A DNA stretch of 64,000 nucleotides from Macrostomum lignano. Its lineage: Eukaryota. Position numbers and translations under genes: made by a program. Under the pieces are notes generated by a model, which was not told the DNA's origin, ran no database searches, and saw nothing but the letters and a program-made list of their open reading frames with translations. The DNA lies in the NCBI GenBank assembly GCA_002269645.1, contig NIVC01000095.1:558001-622000 (forward strand), in the 5' to 3' direction. Position 1 is the stretch's first letter. Each line of letters starts with the position of its first letter. Of the stretch, positions 32,650 through 44,989 are shown piece by piece.

Positions 32650-35600
32650 AAAAAACAGGAAAACTTGCAACTCATAACTCTACTTCAGTCAAACTTTGCG
32701 TGTCGTCGTCCGATTGGTAGTAGATCTCTTAGTCGAAGCCGGACAGGTGGGACGCCCACCGCTGCAGTCTTGAGTTAGCGTTATCCAGCCGTAGGTGTTG
32801 CAGGGGCTTACGTTTGGATCCGATGATGGAGAAAAGACCTTTTAGGTAGCCTTGACTGACCAGTGCACAGCAAGGCGCTCCTTTTCGATCGTTGCGTAGC
32901 TTCGCTGCTCCGGCGTCAACCGTCGAGACACACAGAACGTTGGGATGAACGCCGTCTTCGAATCTCTGTGTCAGCACCGCTCCTATGATCGTTTCCGAGC
33001 TGTCCCTCTCTAGCGTGAACGGCTGGTCGTGTTTGGGGCGCGCAACACCTGTGCGCTTGTTAATAGCGCCTGTACCGTCTCGAAAGCTCGTGTCTGAGGC
33101 TATCCTGAGAACTCCGAGCACCGCACGAAGCTGAGACTTGGTTTGTGGCCTGATGAGCGTGTTAATGATTCACCACCAGATCTTTGCTTGTGCTGATCTC
33201 GCCTCCGCGTAGCTTGAAACACCAATAGTCGGTCGAGTTGCCGCCCAGGTAGCACTTCCGAAGCTGCACCATCAGTTTAGCAGCCTTCAGCTTTCATGCC
33301 CTGCAGATGCTGATCGAATGTCTCGCTGAACACGGCATGTCGTCCACGTAGGCGTTCGCCTTCTCCATGCCTTGAAGGGCTTTGTCCGTCAGAGTCTTGT
33401 AGGTGGCGCCGCTACAGTTCAGCGCCATTCGGATTTACGACAGACTGGTACAGCTTGCTATCGACCGTGAATTTCGTTGTTCGCTTCGAGTCCTTGGCAA
33501 GCGGAAGCTGCCAGTGTCCTTTGCGACAGCCAAATTTAGATATATACTTTGTTTGGTCCACTGGCTCCAGCAGATCTTCGATGTTCTTCACGGGGTTGGA
33601 GTCAAAAGCTACCAGTTCATTCAGAGCCTTGAAGTTGATTGTAAATCGGCTCGTGCCGTACTTTTTAGCCACCAGGCACACCGGCGACCAGTAGTCATTG
33701 TCAGACGGCTCAATCCCTCCGAGGACCAGCATGCGTTGGATCTCATCCCGAAGGACTTTCCTTTGCGCGTGAGATTCCCGCTGCGGTCGCATCCACATCA
33801 CTTAGTCGGAAGTCCTTCGGATTGTTGTTCTCCATTAGGTTGATCCGGCCAGGGTCTCGCTGAAGACGCTCTATCGTGAAGTCCTTTGAGATGCTCGAGT
33901 TAGCTCTATTGTTCCGCGTTTAGGGCGCTGGACATTTTCTGCCCGCCATCCTTCAGCGCCACTGGTACCTGCGCCAGGAATGCCTCCCGCGGCTTATACT
34001 TTCTGAGCAGGTTAATTTAGTTAATATCGTTGCACTGTTTCAGCACTTGGTACGGACCTCGCCATTCGGCATGCAGCTTCTTAGAAGATGACGACAGTCG
34101 AAAATAACACCTGAAGGCGACAATTCTCGATCACGCGACCTCCAGTCGTACCAGAGCTTCTGTCGCCTCCGTTCCACACCTGAAACTTGAACTAAAAAAA
34201 CTTTTGGCTGTCGAGCACTCGATCTGTTTTCTGGCATCTGTTGCACGACGCCACGAAGTCCTTCACGTCCTTACGAGCTATTCAGCGTAGGCCACCAAAA
34301 CCGTTGCATCAGACACTGACCGGTCTTTCCTACGCCTAAATGTCTCACAAACGCATTCTCGTAAGCCTGCGCCTGGGCCGCTACCCGCAGAGACTTTGGT
34401 AGTGCTAGATGCTTGTCAATTATTCGACTGTATCCGATAAAGTCTGTCATGCTCTCCTTCACCAAGTCGACGCCTTGAATGCGTGCCAGCAGCTCCTTGT
34501 CGTCACAGAGGGACGGCTTATAATCCAATGATATAGCAGTAAACATACGGCTCTAGTCTTGTTTTCCTGTACTCTTGCCGTTGTTTCTGCTCCTATGCTT
34601 TAGTCAATTGAGGTCTGGGTGGTGTGCACAGCGCGGCTCCGTCACCTCTCCTCTCTCATTGACCGGGAGAGGTAGGCTGGTGGTAGGGATTGGCAGCAAC
34701 CCCCATCGCTTAGCTTTTGCCCAAACAAGACCACAGGGATGTATACACTCCAGACTGGAGCTGACCAATCAGTTCCAATCGTACAAAAGTGCTCACTGGT
34801 AGGGAGTTAGACACAGAGACTTCAGGTTATTCCGTCGTAGCTGTTTAGGTGTAAATCTAATTTAGGGATTGGAAGACGATGTAGGTCGCTCCAAAGCACC
34901 GCAATAGGGCATGATATGTCATAATGGGGCTGTCCAACAGATGCTCTAGAGCAGCTAATTTCGTCTAATTTTTTTTCCAAAAATGCTCCTGTGTCCAGTA
35001 GAAACTTCAAGCTCCTGCCATTTGCCTCACTATTCACAAATCGGGTCCTCGCAGCATCCGATGCCTCTTTCTCTTCTGATGGAAACTGCAACCCTTCTGC
35101 TTTATATTGAACTGTGTCTGGTGCCCGGCGGTCTGGTGCCCCACGTGACGGAAGACCTCCGGCGGCGCAGAGGACTTGCCTGGGCGGCCTTCCGTTCGAT
35201 CCGGGCCGTTCTCCAGTCCAAAGCGCTGCCCGACCGCCAGAAGGCTCGGCTGTGGCAGGCGGTGGTCGAAACGTCCTGCTCTAAAACGTCGAGACGTGGA
35301 CGCTTACGGCTACGCTGGAGCGTCAATTAGACTCGGCGCACTCAGGGCTGCCCCGTGTGGCCTTTCGAGCTGACGAGAGCGTCGGTACCGAGGCCTTGTA
35401 CGATCGGGCCAAGCTGCAGCGCCTGTCCATCATCCCGCGCAGGCGGCAACTTCAACTGGCGGGTCACGTGATCCAGGCCGAGGTCTACCTGCTCAGGACG
35501 TTCTGCTGCTCACCTTGCAGGGCCCGTTGAGGCGGGGTCAGGCCCAAACCCGTCGATACGTGAACTGCTTCCTACGCGACGCCGGGGCGCCCGACTGCCA

Positions 35601-36540
35601 ACGGGGCGGACTTTGTCCGCTCTCAGGCTCTGCGGCGCGCCATCTGACGCACCCTGCTCTAACTGTGATTTTGCATGCGGCGCTGCGTAATTTGTTGTTG
35701 CTGCTTTTGCTTTAGAAACTGGAATTGCTTGTGAGGCCCTCCGCAGTTGAAGCGGTTGATCTTCGACTATACAGATTGTTGCGGTTGGTGTTTCGTCTTC
35801 GATTGGACTGGCGCTGTTGCTCCTAACGCCGTCTCTAGGTTCCAATGGTCTGTAGTCCTTGGAGTCCTGTGAGGCATTACAGAAGGCGTTTGCAATGCCT
35901 CCGCTACCTTTGGCTTCCTCTCTCGCATTCAGTCTTGCAAGCCTCTAACCAACGACTCTGTAAACTGCTGAAGCAACGGTTTCCGCTTGTAAATAGAGTG
36001 GTCACCTTGCAATCGATCGCAATCTTCTGCCTCTAGCCCTGACATCATCTACCGTTCGACTATGTCTCCTCTGGCGCCTTCCGTAGAGTACTGAACCTAT
36101 GCCGGCAGGTCTCGCCGGTGTTTCACTGCGCCAGAACGTAACTACTTCGTAGTCCACGCTCGCCGCCGTTGTCAGACTGTAGAATGCACTCTGTGCGATG
36201 CCTGTCAAAGGAAGTTCAAGTCGAAGCGTCCATGCCGACTTTCTCCAGCCAAAAATCTCCGCCGTCCTCTCGAACGTCGCCAGGAACGCCTCGAGCTTAG
36301 CTTCAATTGATTTCGACTTTTACCTTGACTTGGCTAACTGCTTTACAAACTTCGCCTGTTGGCGTGCCAGCTGGTCCATGTAGAATGTCGACTCCCTTTC
36401 TTCAGTACGGGAAAACTCTTGCCGTTTCCAACTCTGCTGCATCGGTAGCACCGGACCATCGCACCTTAAGGCACCTAAGGCACCTTGGAAACTTAAGCTG
36501 TAGAGGCGATTTATGAAATCGTCCCTGCCACCAAAAAACA
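32650..36540 (-). mobile_element. Decayed Gmr1-type Ty3/gypsy element (gag-PR-IN-RT-RH)
   Basis: Gag LEAFLATFERTAEIFGW..W.LRL..PLTG.A; knuckle remnant FNCGGPH; protease FLLDTGA (~34970); integrase Zn region (HLGVGKT..RFWWP..KDFVASCNRC) and GPY module (AEWRGPYQV); RT (WSPVCLVAKK..RF.INFKALN); RNase H. PBS-like TGGTGGCAG at ~36525-36533. No LTR pair found. Confidence 0.85.
35102..35653 (+). mobile_element. 5'-truncated RTE LINE 3' end nested in the gypsy element
   Basis: DLRRRRGLAWAAFRSI, LWQAVVET, ETWTL, LAGHV are RTE post-RT motifs. Possible 5-bp TSD CTGCT (35097-35101, 35654-35658). Confidence 0.8.
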
Positions 36541-37021
36541 TTCCGCACTCAAACAAGGATCTGTACGAAGACAGCAATAGCACAGGTCTTGCGTTCCTGA
36601 CATGTTTTGTATATACTTTATGCCTTGGCCTAGAACCCACTTAAATGTCCTAAGACAAAAGTGATATTCTGCGCAACTGGGCCCATACAGACTTTAGTAC
36701 TGCTCGTAGCTCGTAAAGACGCATTAAGAACAAAACAGCATCCTTGATCAACAACGCATAAAAAATTCGCCAAAAGGTTAGCATCGGAGAACTCAAAGCT
36801 ATATATTAATACACTCAGCCTTCACATTTCTGTTTAATTTAAATTAGTATCGAATGATTGAATTAAAAATTAAACAGTTCAGCCATTAACTTCATAAAAT
36901 ACACAAAAGAGGACGTTCTGTCTAGTGTATACAAGCAAATGTTTCTACCAAGTCTATACTTCGACATTACTTCGAGTTAAAAGAAGTTACATTAAATTTA
37001 AAACATACAAAATACACTTAC

Positions 37022-37420
37022 GTGACCTAAGCTTCTTCTTTTCTCCAAAGACTTGAACTTCGCATAGAGTCAAGGGTGAGCGCTTGCGATTGTTGATGCG
37101 AATCTGCTGGCCGACCTTATTGCACTGGAACGTCTTCACAGAGAAGAAACCGCTCGACTTGAACGAGGCGCACTCTTGACCGTCGACTGTGATTGAAAAG
37201 TCGTTGAGTCTCTCTGAGCAGCAGTCGAGTCGGTTGTAGATTCGAATCTTCCTGACGAGTGATCGCTCCTTGAGAGTCGCTTGCCACCAGCCCAGCTCAG
37301 ATTTTGTGTGGGTGCAGCTATTTAAATGCCAGTTAGGATTGGTGTTACCATCGAATGCTCTTTGACAAACACCCTTGACTGCTGTAGAACTTTGAGAGCA
37401 CGACACGAGAGGAAGACGGT
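37022..37420 (-). CDS. Lectin exon FTP-B
   Basis: Almost identical to FTP-B'. Donor TCA C|gtaagt, phase 1/1. Confidence 0.92.
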
Positions 37421-37462
37421 CTAAAAATAAAAGGAAATAAAAGGCTTTTATTATGCGCTTAC

Positions 37463-37870
37463 CGCCATAAGGATTTCCTGAAAGGTAATTTCCGAAGATC
37501 TGCACTTCGCAAACAGTCAGCGGAGTGTTGATTCGGTTCTTGATTACCAGCATCTGACCGACTTTGTTACACCTGAAGGTCTTCACTGAAAATGACTTTC
37601 TCGAACTGTAGGACTGCTCGCATTCTTGACCATCGAGAAAGATAGAGAAGCTGTTGAGTCTGTCTGAGCAGCAGTCGAGCCTGTTGTAGATTCGAACAAA
37701 GCGCACTCGAGCGAAGCCCTTTATGGCGGCTTGCCAAAAGCCTTTCTCGGCATTTGTGTGCGTGCACGAGCCTGCGCCATAGTTCTGGTTGGTTCTTCCA
37801 TCGAAGGCTCTCTCGCACACGCCTCCAGCTGCCGTAGAGCTTTGGTAGCACGCAGCAAACTTCAGTTGGG
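37463..37870 (-). CDS. Lectin exon FTP-A
   Basis: RAFDG, SCTHT, FWQ, NRLDCCSDRL, VCEVQIFG. Acceptor atttcag, donor gtaagc; a 42-nt intron follows. Confidence 0.92.
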
Positions 37871-37969
37871 CTGAAATACAAAATTGGCAGCATGGAAAGT
37901 TAATAGTAGCGTATTTTTTCAAGTAACGGATAAGACGACCATACGATCTGTAAAGCACAATATACTTAC

Positions 37970-38027
37970 TGTTGGCAGAGGCGGCAATATTCACCAGAAG
38001 AAAAATTGCGACGATTCTTAATAGCAT
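37970..38027 (-). CDS. Lectin exon 1 (signal peptide)
   Basis: MLLRIVAIFLLVNIAASAN-A|gtaagt. The 99-nt phase-1 intron is read through in the track ORF. Confidence 0.9.
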
Positions 38028-39789
38028 CCTGGAAGTTTCTAAGTTGACGAGCTGTAGCTCACTTTTAGCGGGAGTGAGATTTCAGGTTTAGGAAGGTAAA
38101 ACTTTGCTGTCGTGTCTTGATTTTATGCTTTACCGTGGCAGAAAATGATTGACAGTTTGGGGCGGCATTCGTCAGTTTGTGTCAACAGGTTCAGAATGCA
38201 GTTTGTTTTAAGATCCGCATAGCAGCTGATGCTCAAAGCTAGCAAGAAAAGCGAAGCCGAAAAAGTTTTTATTCGCTGATATGCTTAGAGATCAGACAGA
38301 GCTGTCTAACGCTCTAACGGGTCTAACGGGTTTTGCGCCGTCTTCTTTCATGCTTTTGAAGCTAAACTCGCTGATCAACGCTTTAGTTGAGAGATCATTG
38401 ATCATTTCTATAAGCGAATTGTTTTGAGTAAATCCACCTATCTCGAAAGCGAAAAAGGGAAAGGCAAATTTTTTTTGACTCAATGTGGGCGTTGGTCAAT
38501 ATGCTTCAGAGAGGCACATATTCCAGCAAATTTTCTGCTTTGCATTTGAAAAATTCTGTAACGATCTAAGTGAGGGGGCACAAAAGAAGTTCGATCCTGT
38601 CTTCGGATTTCGCTAGTCAAGCTTTGCCTAAAAAATCCCGTGTGAATTAATTCTTATGCATGTAAATGTATCCGGTGAAGATTCTCGTCGGTAGGGCTTA
38701 TTAGTCCCGCGTGCACTCAAGTGACAAGTTTTTATAGCGAACTTCCAGCATCAGTCACTGGGACATCTCTGGCCTGCGCATGGAGATGTTGAGCTGGTGC
38801 TCTTACTCGTATAGGTCTCTTCTTTAGAATCAAATTTAACTCACGCGGGAAACGCTTATGGTTAGCGCGGGATCAAAGACTCCACTGTGGGTTTATTCTT
38901 GTGATTATTTACAGCATTTAGTCTCTCTAATTATGTACTCTGAACGACTAAGTCTGTGTTTACCATTCACTTTAAATTAACACCGGTGTTTTCACCATCG
39001 TCATCGTTCATCGCCCATCGTCATCTATTGGTGAAATGTAAAAATCCTATTTGTCAAGCTAAGTCAGTTCCAACGGAATTTAGCATAGGTGTTGGCCTTT
39101 GACTTCTATTATCAAATTATATAAAGCATCGCCATACAATGCATGCATACCAAGCTGAGCCAATAATTCGATATTTGCTAGCTATCATGCAGCTTGAATA
39201 GCAAATAGTTGTAAGTTTGACTAAATAAAATTGCATGACATTTCATACGAGTAAAACACTATGCAGTTTATGAACGGTTCGGTACTACTTTAATTAATGC
39301 TGTGACTATGGTTAAGTTGAACCAGGACGTTAATTCATGGAGTCCATGCAGAATTAGAGATGGATAATAAACGTATAGATGAAAGCGTTTACTGAAGTTT
39401 TCAGTCACATTGCCTTTAAGTATACGTTGCTAATCATACGACTCGGCCGAGTCGTACCGCCCGCAGAGGGTGCAGGAGGTGCTGATGCAGAAGCTGCAGG
39501 CACCATACCGCGGCGGGGACTGGCGCGCACTTGCGGCGTTTCGTCGACTGCCTGCTGGCTGATGCCGGCGCCTGGGACACTGCTGGCGGTGCGGCCTACA
39601 TTCACGCCTAGGCCCTGAAATGCGCCCTGTGATTTTTTCTCACGATTGCGTGGCTGACAACGTAGGACGTATTTTATTCGTTGGCGTTTCAGTGAATCGC
39701 GAAACACATCAATACGGTTTTTTGATGTCACAGTTTCCATCTGTTTCCTTTTAGAGGTGAACTCATGCATTCTTAATTAGTGCCAGCCC

Positions 39790-40600
39790 AATCGCGTCTT
39801 CACCGACGGTATTGCCTCAGCGCTTGATTGAGACAACGCTACTCCGTAGCTATCGACCCGCGCGATACCATCAATGACCACTGCAACCCTGGTGAGCTCC
39901 ACTGCTACACCGACAATTCTAAGCAGTCAGTCAACACCGTTATTTGGTGTCGGAATCTTCCTGAACGAACGGGTCAACGCAATCCAGGTTCAGTACATTG
40001 GGGTCAAGTTCAGTTTTCTCCAAAAGAAGTTCTCGCCAACAGCTCTTGCACTGCAGAGCTTCTTGCCACAGGCGTAATTGGTCCAAACATCATTTTTCAT
40101 TCGGACAGCCAAGCTGCCTTCAGTGGCATGGCTGCAGTGTCAAACTCTGCTACAGCCCTGGACTGTATCAAACTCCTCAAGATGTCAGTTTATACCAACG
40201 AAATTACCTTTACATGTAAATGTGTTCCAGGACTTGCGGGGACCTGAGGAAATGCGCTGGCCGACGCCTTTCAAAAGTTGGCGGCTCCGGCTCCTCTCTC
40301 GGGCGCGAACCCCTAGTCCTGATTTCCAGCTGCGTCATCGACTTTCGCAGCAAGGCGAGGATCAGGACTCAGCACCGCTCAGCTTGGGCGAACTGCACTA
40401 CATCCAGAGGCGCTGTTCCCCAGCCCTCTCATCAGCTTTGGAAGCTCCTTTTGCTCCTCTCGCAAAGAGACATTCAGACTGCCATCATATGACCTTCTCG
40501 CAGGGCACGGCTGCTTCTCCAGGCATCAAGTCTGGAGAAGTCTTCAGTCTTTGCCCAAGTCTTCACACTTATTAATAAGCGGAGTCCAATTTAAGTGGAA
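39790..40600 (+). mobile_element. Decayed LINE RNase H region (R1/I-group-like)
   Basis: LHCYTDNSK, AELLA, IFHSDSQAA, PGLAGT*GNALAD, with stops and frameshifts. Confidence 0.7.
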
Positions 40601-40859
40601 TCGTTTAGATTGTTGAAAAAAGTAAAATGGCGGTCAGTTACTGACTACTGCAGATACGAGCTTACGAGTACTAGAATATCTCGATATGTCACAATAAAAG
40701 TTGTGAAAAAGTAGAGCGTCTAATCTGTTTTCATTAGTTTGTTTTTCCAATTTTCCAATTTCCTCTCCTTCCTCGGGGTTTGCGGCCTCAGAAGCATTTG
40801 GGGTTCAGAATGAACAACATGCATTCAACTACGAGTAGATGTACACAAGTTAACGCAAG

Positions 40860-41015
40860 ACGGACGAAACTAAGCCTAAGGAGCAGGCCCAATCTAGCTC
40901 AGCCAATGAGAGAGCAGTAAGGAGAGAGGTCAAAGTCAGACGGACGAAACTCAGTCTAAGGAGCAGGCCCAATCTAGCTCAGCCAATGGGAGAGCAGAAA
41001 GGAGAGAAAGAAAGA
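40860..41015. repeat. ~80-bp tandem duplication
   Basis: Two copies of CGGACGAAACT.AG.CTAAGGAGCAGGCCCAATCTAGCTCAGCCAATG.GAGAGCAG. Confidence 0.85.
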
Positions 41016-41029
41016 AAGGAGCTGGTCTC

Positions 41030-41350
41030 GACCACCACCTGGAACAGCGTCGCTCCCTGGCGATCAGGTGGAGCCTCGGACTGCTGGACCGTTCACAGAA
41101 CGAAAGGCAGCCCAGGCAAGCCGGCGGCGACGGCGCAGATCTTTGCAGGTGCCCGGGAACCAGTCTTCGAAGCTTCTTCGCCTGTCAATCTGCGCCCTTG
41201 CACAAAATTGCAGTCTCGATGTCGTCTGATGGTTTTCTGCGTGTTGACCACCAGTCCGACACTCACCGTAGCAGCAGTTGTGACAGTCCCCAGCACCCAG
41301 GTCAAGCACTTGCTCTGCTTTTGCTTTGGTACGAGCTTAAACTTGTGAAT
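41030..41350 (-). mobile_element. RTE LINE fragment
   Basis: KDLRRRRRLAWAAFRS, the same family as the 35.1-kb insertion. Confidence 0.65.
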
Positions 41351-42087
41351 CACCCTCGAGTTTCAGCAATGGAAAATATGTTTTATATCGCTAATGCATT
41401 TTGTATCGAAAACTGGTTCTCAGTGAAATTTAGTACCCGTCCTCCTTAAGTTGACCCTGCCTCAAACAATTATATTGATAAGATTATCCATCTTTTCGCT
41501 CAGATACTGAGCTGACATCTGCAACTTGTACAATATCCACTATCTAAGCTAACTGGAATTCCAGTCTCGTGTATCGATTCTGTCGACCTGAGATGTCTGT
41601 AGGGGCAATATAGCTAACAAAACCTCTTGAGCCTTTGCTAGCTAAAGTGTATCAGTTTCACCGTCTAGCTGGGACCACCAACATTTGAAAAACGAATTGA
41701 GACCTCTTGGCCATGTAACCTCCAAGTCCTGCTGTTATTATCGATTTGAACAAGTGGAAAGGCTCGATAACAGTGCTTTAATTTATCCGCATACATGTTC
41801 TGTAACTTGAGAAGATAAAGCTTAGTACATGTAACTTAAGGATCCTGGAGATTCTAATCGGCTTTGCAAGACACTTTAAGAATCAATAAAAGCCTTTAAG
41901 ACTCAATAAACTTGGGGGAGGAAATGAAACAGGAATATTTTTATCGCGTTACAACCGAAACAAATGCGTCCTAGTAGAGAAAAAATGGGTCGATAAATTT
42001 TTCTGGTTAAAATTGAATTGTATCCAACTTTCAACAAACTTTTGTGTATGAATGAGCTGCAGTTAATTAGGCGTTGTTGTGGCCAGT

Positions 42088-43010
42088 TGTGCTAATCTGG
42101 GTGGTGGTGCTAATCTGGGTGGTGGTGCTAATCTGGTTGGTGGTGCTAATCTGGGGCAGTGGTGCTAATCTGGGGGTTTGTTGCTAACCTGGGTAGTAGT
42201 GCTAATCTGGTGGATTGTTGCTAATCTGGGTACTCGTAGTGGTGCTAATCTGGGGGTGCTAATTGCTAATCTGGGTAGTGGTGCTAATCTGGGGGTATTG
42301 CTAATCTGGGTAGTGTTGCTAATAAATCTGGGTAGTGTTGCTAATCTGGGGGTGTTGCTAATAAATCTGGGTAGTGTTGCTAATCTGGGGGAGTGTTGCT
42401 AATCTGGGGGATTGTTGCTAATCTGGGGGAGTGTTGCTAATCTGGGTAGTGGAGCTAATCTGGGGAGCGGTGCTAATCTGGGGGAGTGTTGCTAATCTGG
42501 GTAGTGGTGCTAATCTGGGGCAGTGGTACTAATCTGGGGGTGTTGCTAATCTGAGGAGCGGTGCTAATCTGGGAGTGTTGCTAATCTGGGGGAGTGTTGC
42601 TAATCTGGGTAGTGGAGCTAATCTGGGGAGCGATGCTAATCTGGGGGAGTGTTGCTAATCTGGGTAGTGGTGCTAATCTGGGGCAGTGGTACTAATCTGG
42701 GGGTGTTGCTAATCTGAGGAGCGGTGCTAATCTGGGAGTGTTGCTAATCTGGGGGAGTGTTGCTAATCTGGGTAGTGGAGCTAATCTGGGGAGCGGTGCT
42801 AATCTGGGGGAGTGTTGCTAATCTGGGTAGTGGTGCTAATCTGGGGCAGTGGTACTAATCTGGGGGTGTTGCTAATCTGAGGAGCGGTGCTAATCTGGGT
42901 GTGTTGCTAATCTGGGTAGTGGTGCTAATCTGGGCAGTGGTGCTAATCTGGGGGTGTTGCTAATCTGGGTAGTGGTGCTAATCTGGGGGATTGTTGCTAA
43001 TCTGGGGGAC
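42088..43010. repeat. Variable 17-21-bp minisatellite, core GCTAATCTGGG
   Basis: About 45-50 units with higher-order re-duplication. Confidence 0.95.
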
Positions 43011-43289
43011 TGTATTCTGACGATAGTTTGTGTGGAATTTTAACTGGGGTAGAAATTTCACTGAAGTGCATTTTACTCCATAAAACTATTTAGAGTGGGA
43101 TTCCAGTGACTGGTGTTCTCTGGGTGTTCTCTCTATTAAAAAACAGAATTTTTCATCAGATGTAAGTCTAAAATTGACCCCCCCCCTAATAACTTCCATG
43201 TCGCCAACATTACAATTGTCTACAAGACGAGGAACTGCTTTTTTGACGATGAAACATAGCAGTTGCATCCGATTATCGATTTGAAGTTG

Positions 43290-43700
43290 ACTCGCTCTCC
43301 ACTCCGGATTCACTGGCTGAATTTCCAGCGCCTTCATCAGTATCCACACCCGCCGCGCGCCGCCAGAATCTACTCCAGCCTCTCCATCAGGTTGATCTTC
43401 TTTCCAACGGAGAGATCAGTAGAAAAGCGCCGCGTGCTTAACTCTACGACCTCCTCAGACGAGCAGATACTTGTTGGTCTGCCTAATGCTGAACTCCCGA
43501 ATGTCCACCTACCGGTCCAGTAGAGCTCTGAGGTTGCAACACCTTGACTGGTGAGGAGATCGTAAATTCGTCGACGCAGGGCTCTGGACTGTCCGTCGGC
43601 GCGCAGAATTTCACTGCCAATCGAAGGTCATTGTCGAACTGCCCAGCAACCGACATTGTGTCCCAGGAAGTTTAGCCTGCTAAAGGGAATTATTAATTAT
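43290..43700 (+). mobile_element. Decayed RTE LINE fragment (pre-RT tether / start of RT)
   Basis: Broken frames resembling the GPD..PVEAL and PKK...RGI region of RTE ORFs. Confidence 0.45.
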
Positions 43701-44570
43701 GTGATTACATAGGGGCAATGCAGAACCTTGCAGCTCAAGATCGAGGAGGTTAGTAAAATTGCATTTGTATTTCGGTCGAAAGAATAACTTAGTAAAGCGT
43801 GCACACTACCGGTACTTATGTATGCTGGTGTTAGAACATGATATGCAAGTAGAAAAGATGGCATAAGCATCGAAAAATATACTTAAATAGCCTACATTAT
43901 ACTTGTCTATGCATGCTTTATTAATATGCGCCTACATTGTGTGTGTGTTTTTACCTGCTTTTTGCTCAAATTTGTCTATATGTGCAAATATACGCAATTC
44001 ATCCTACTATAAGTATTTTTCACTAGCCTACTTTTTGTTAATAAATGCGTATCGATGACTACAAATCGATTACTACAAATTGATGCATACATATTGGCGC
44101 GCCTGCGGGCGGGGGCGCGTACATATCGGGTTGCATACATATCGGGACGTCTGGATGGAACATGCGGTGATCGGTTCCAAGCGTCGTCAAGCCAATGAGA
44201 GGCGAGGAGGGTTGACACCCACCTCACCTCCAAAATCGGTCATAAGAGAGCATTTGGTAGTTGCATACAGGCGTTGCGGTATCCGTAGATACGACCAAAA
44301 AACATTTTTCTCTGTATAAAATCTGTTATATTCTGTCTACAAACACAAATGGTCCTAGCAATTAGCAAATCTAATCACTGCTAGACAAAATTTGTTCCTA
44401 AACTAAACAGAACCGTAGGAAAAAGAGCATTCGAGCTCGTAGAGCAAAGGACAAACGAGGATGCAGGGTCTCAACAATGACCACTTTTGCACGAATTTTA
44501 GTCATCGATTCGGTGCATATACAGGTTATTGGCATGGCAGCTTCAGGTTTAATCTCGTTAGGGTGTCCTA

Positions 44571-44950
44571 TACATACCCAACCGAAATTTTTTGTTACTA
44601 TTGAAAACAATCTCTACCATTTTAGCCAGTCCTATGCATACCCAACCGAAGGTGTTTTGTTACTATTGAAAACAATCTCTACCATTTTGCCCAGTCCTAT
44701 GCATACCCAACCGAAAGAGTTTTGTTACTATTGAAAACAATCTCTACCATTTTGCCCAGTCCTATGCATACCCAACCGAAAGAGTTTTGTTACTATTGAA
44801 AACAATCTCTACCATTTTACCCAGTCCTATGCATACCCAACCGAAGGTGTTTTGTTACTATTGAAAACAATCTCTACCATTTTGCCCAGTCCTATGCATA
44901 CCCAACCGAAAGAGTTTTGTTACTATTGAAAACAATCTTTACCATTTTGC
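44571..44950. repeat. 65-bp tandem repeat, ~6 copies
   Basis: GCATACCCAACCGAA recurs at 44636, 44701, 44766, 44831 and 44896. Confidence 0.95.
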
Positions 44951-44989
44951 TTTTCTACCATTTATCAAGTTTCATTCCACGACCGACCC

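Noticed and set aside
36987-38027. Stand-alone 346-aa two-domain lectin, as in the ORF track
   Set aside because: The ORF reads through two in-frame introns (99 and 42 nt) and past a strong donor at 37021.
39405-39770. 121-aa minus-strand ORF
   Set aside because: No recognisable domain or splice partners, and it abuts a decayed LINE.
44571-44950. CRISPR-like regular repeat
   Set aside because: The 65-bp units are contiguous with no unique spacers, the context is eukaryotic, and there are no cas genes.
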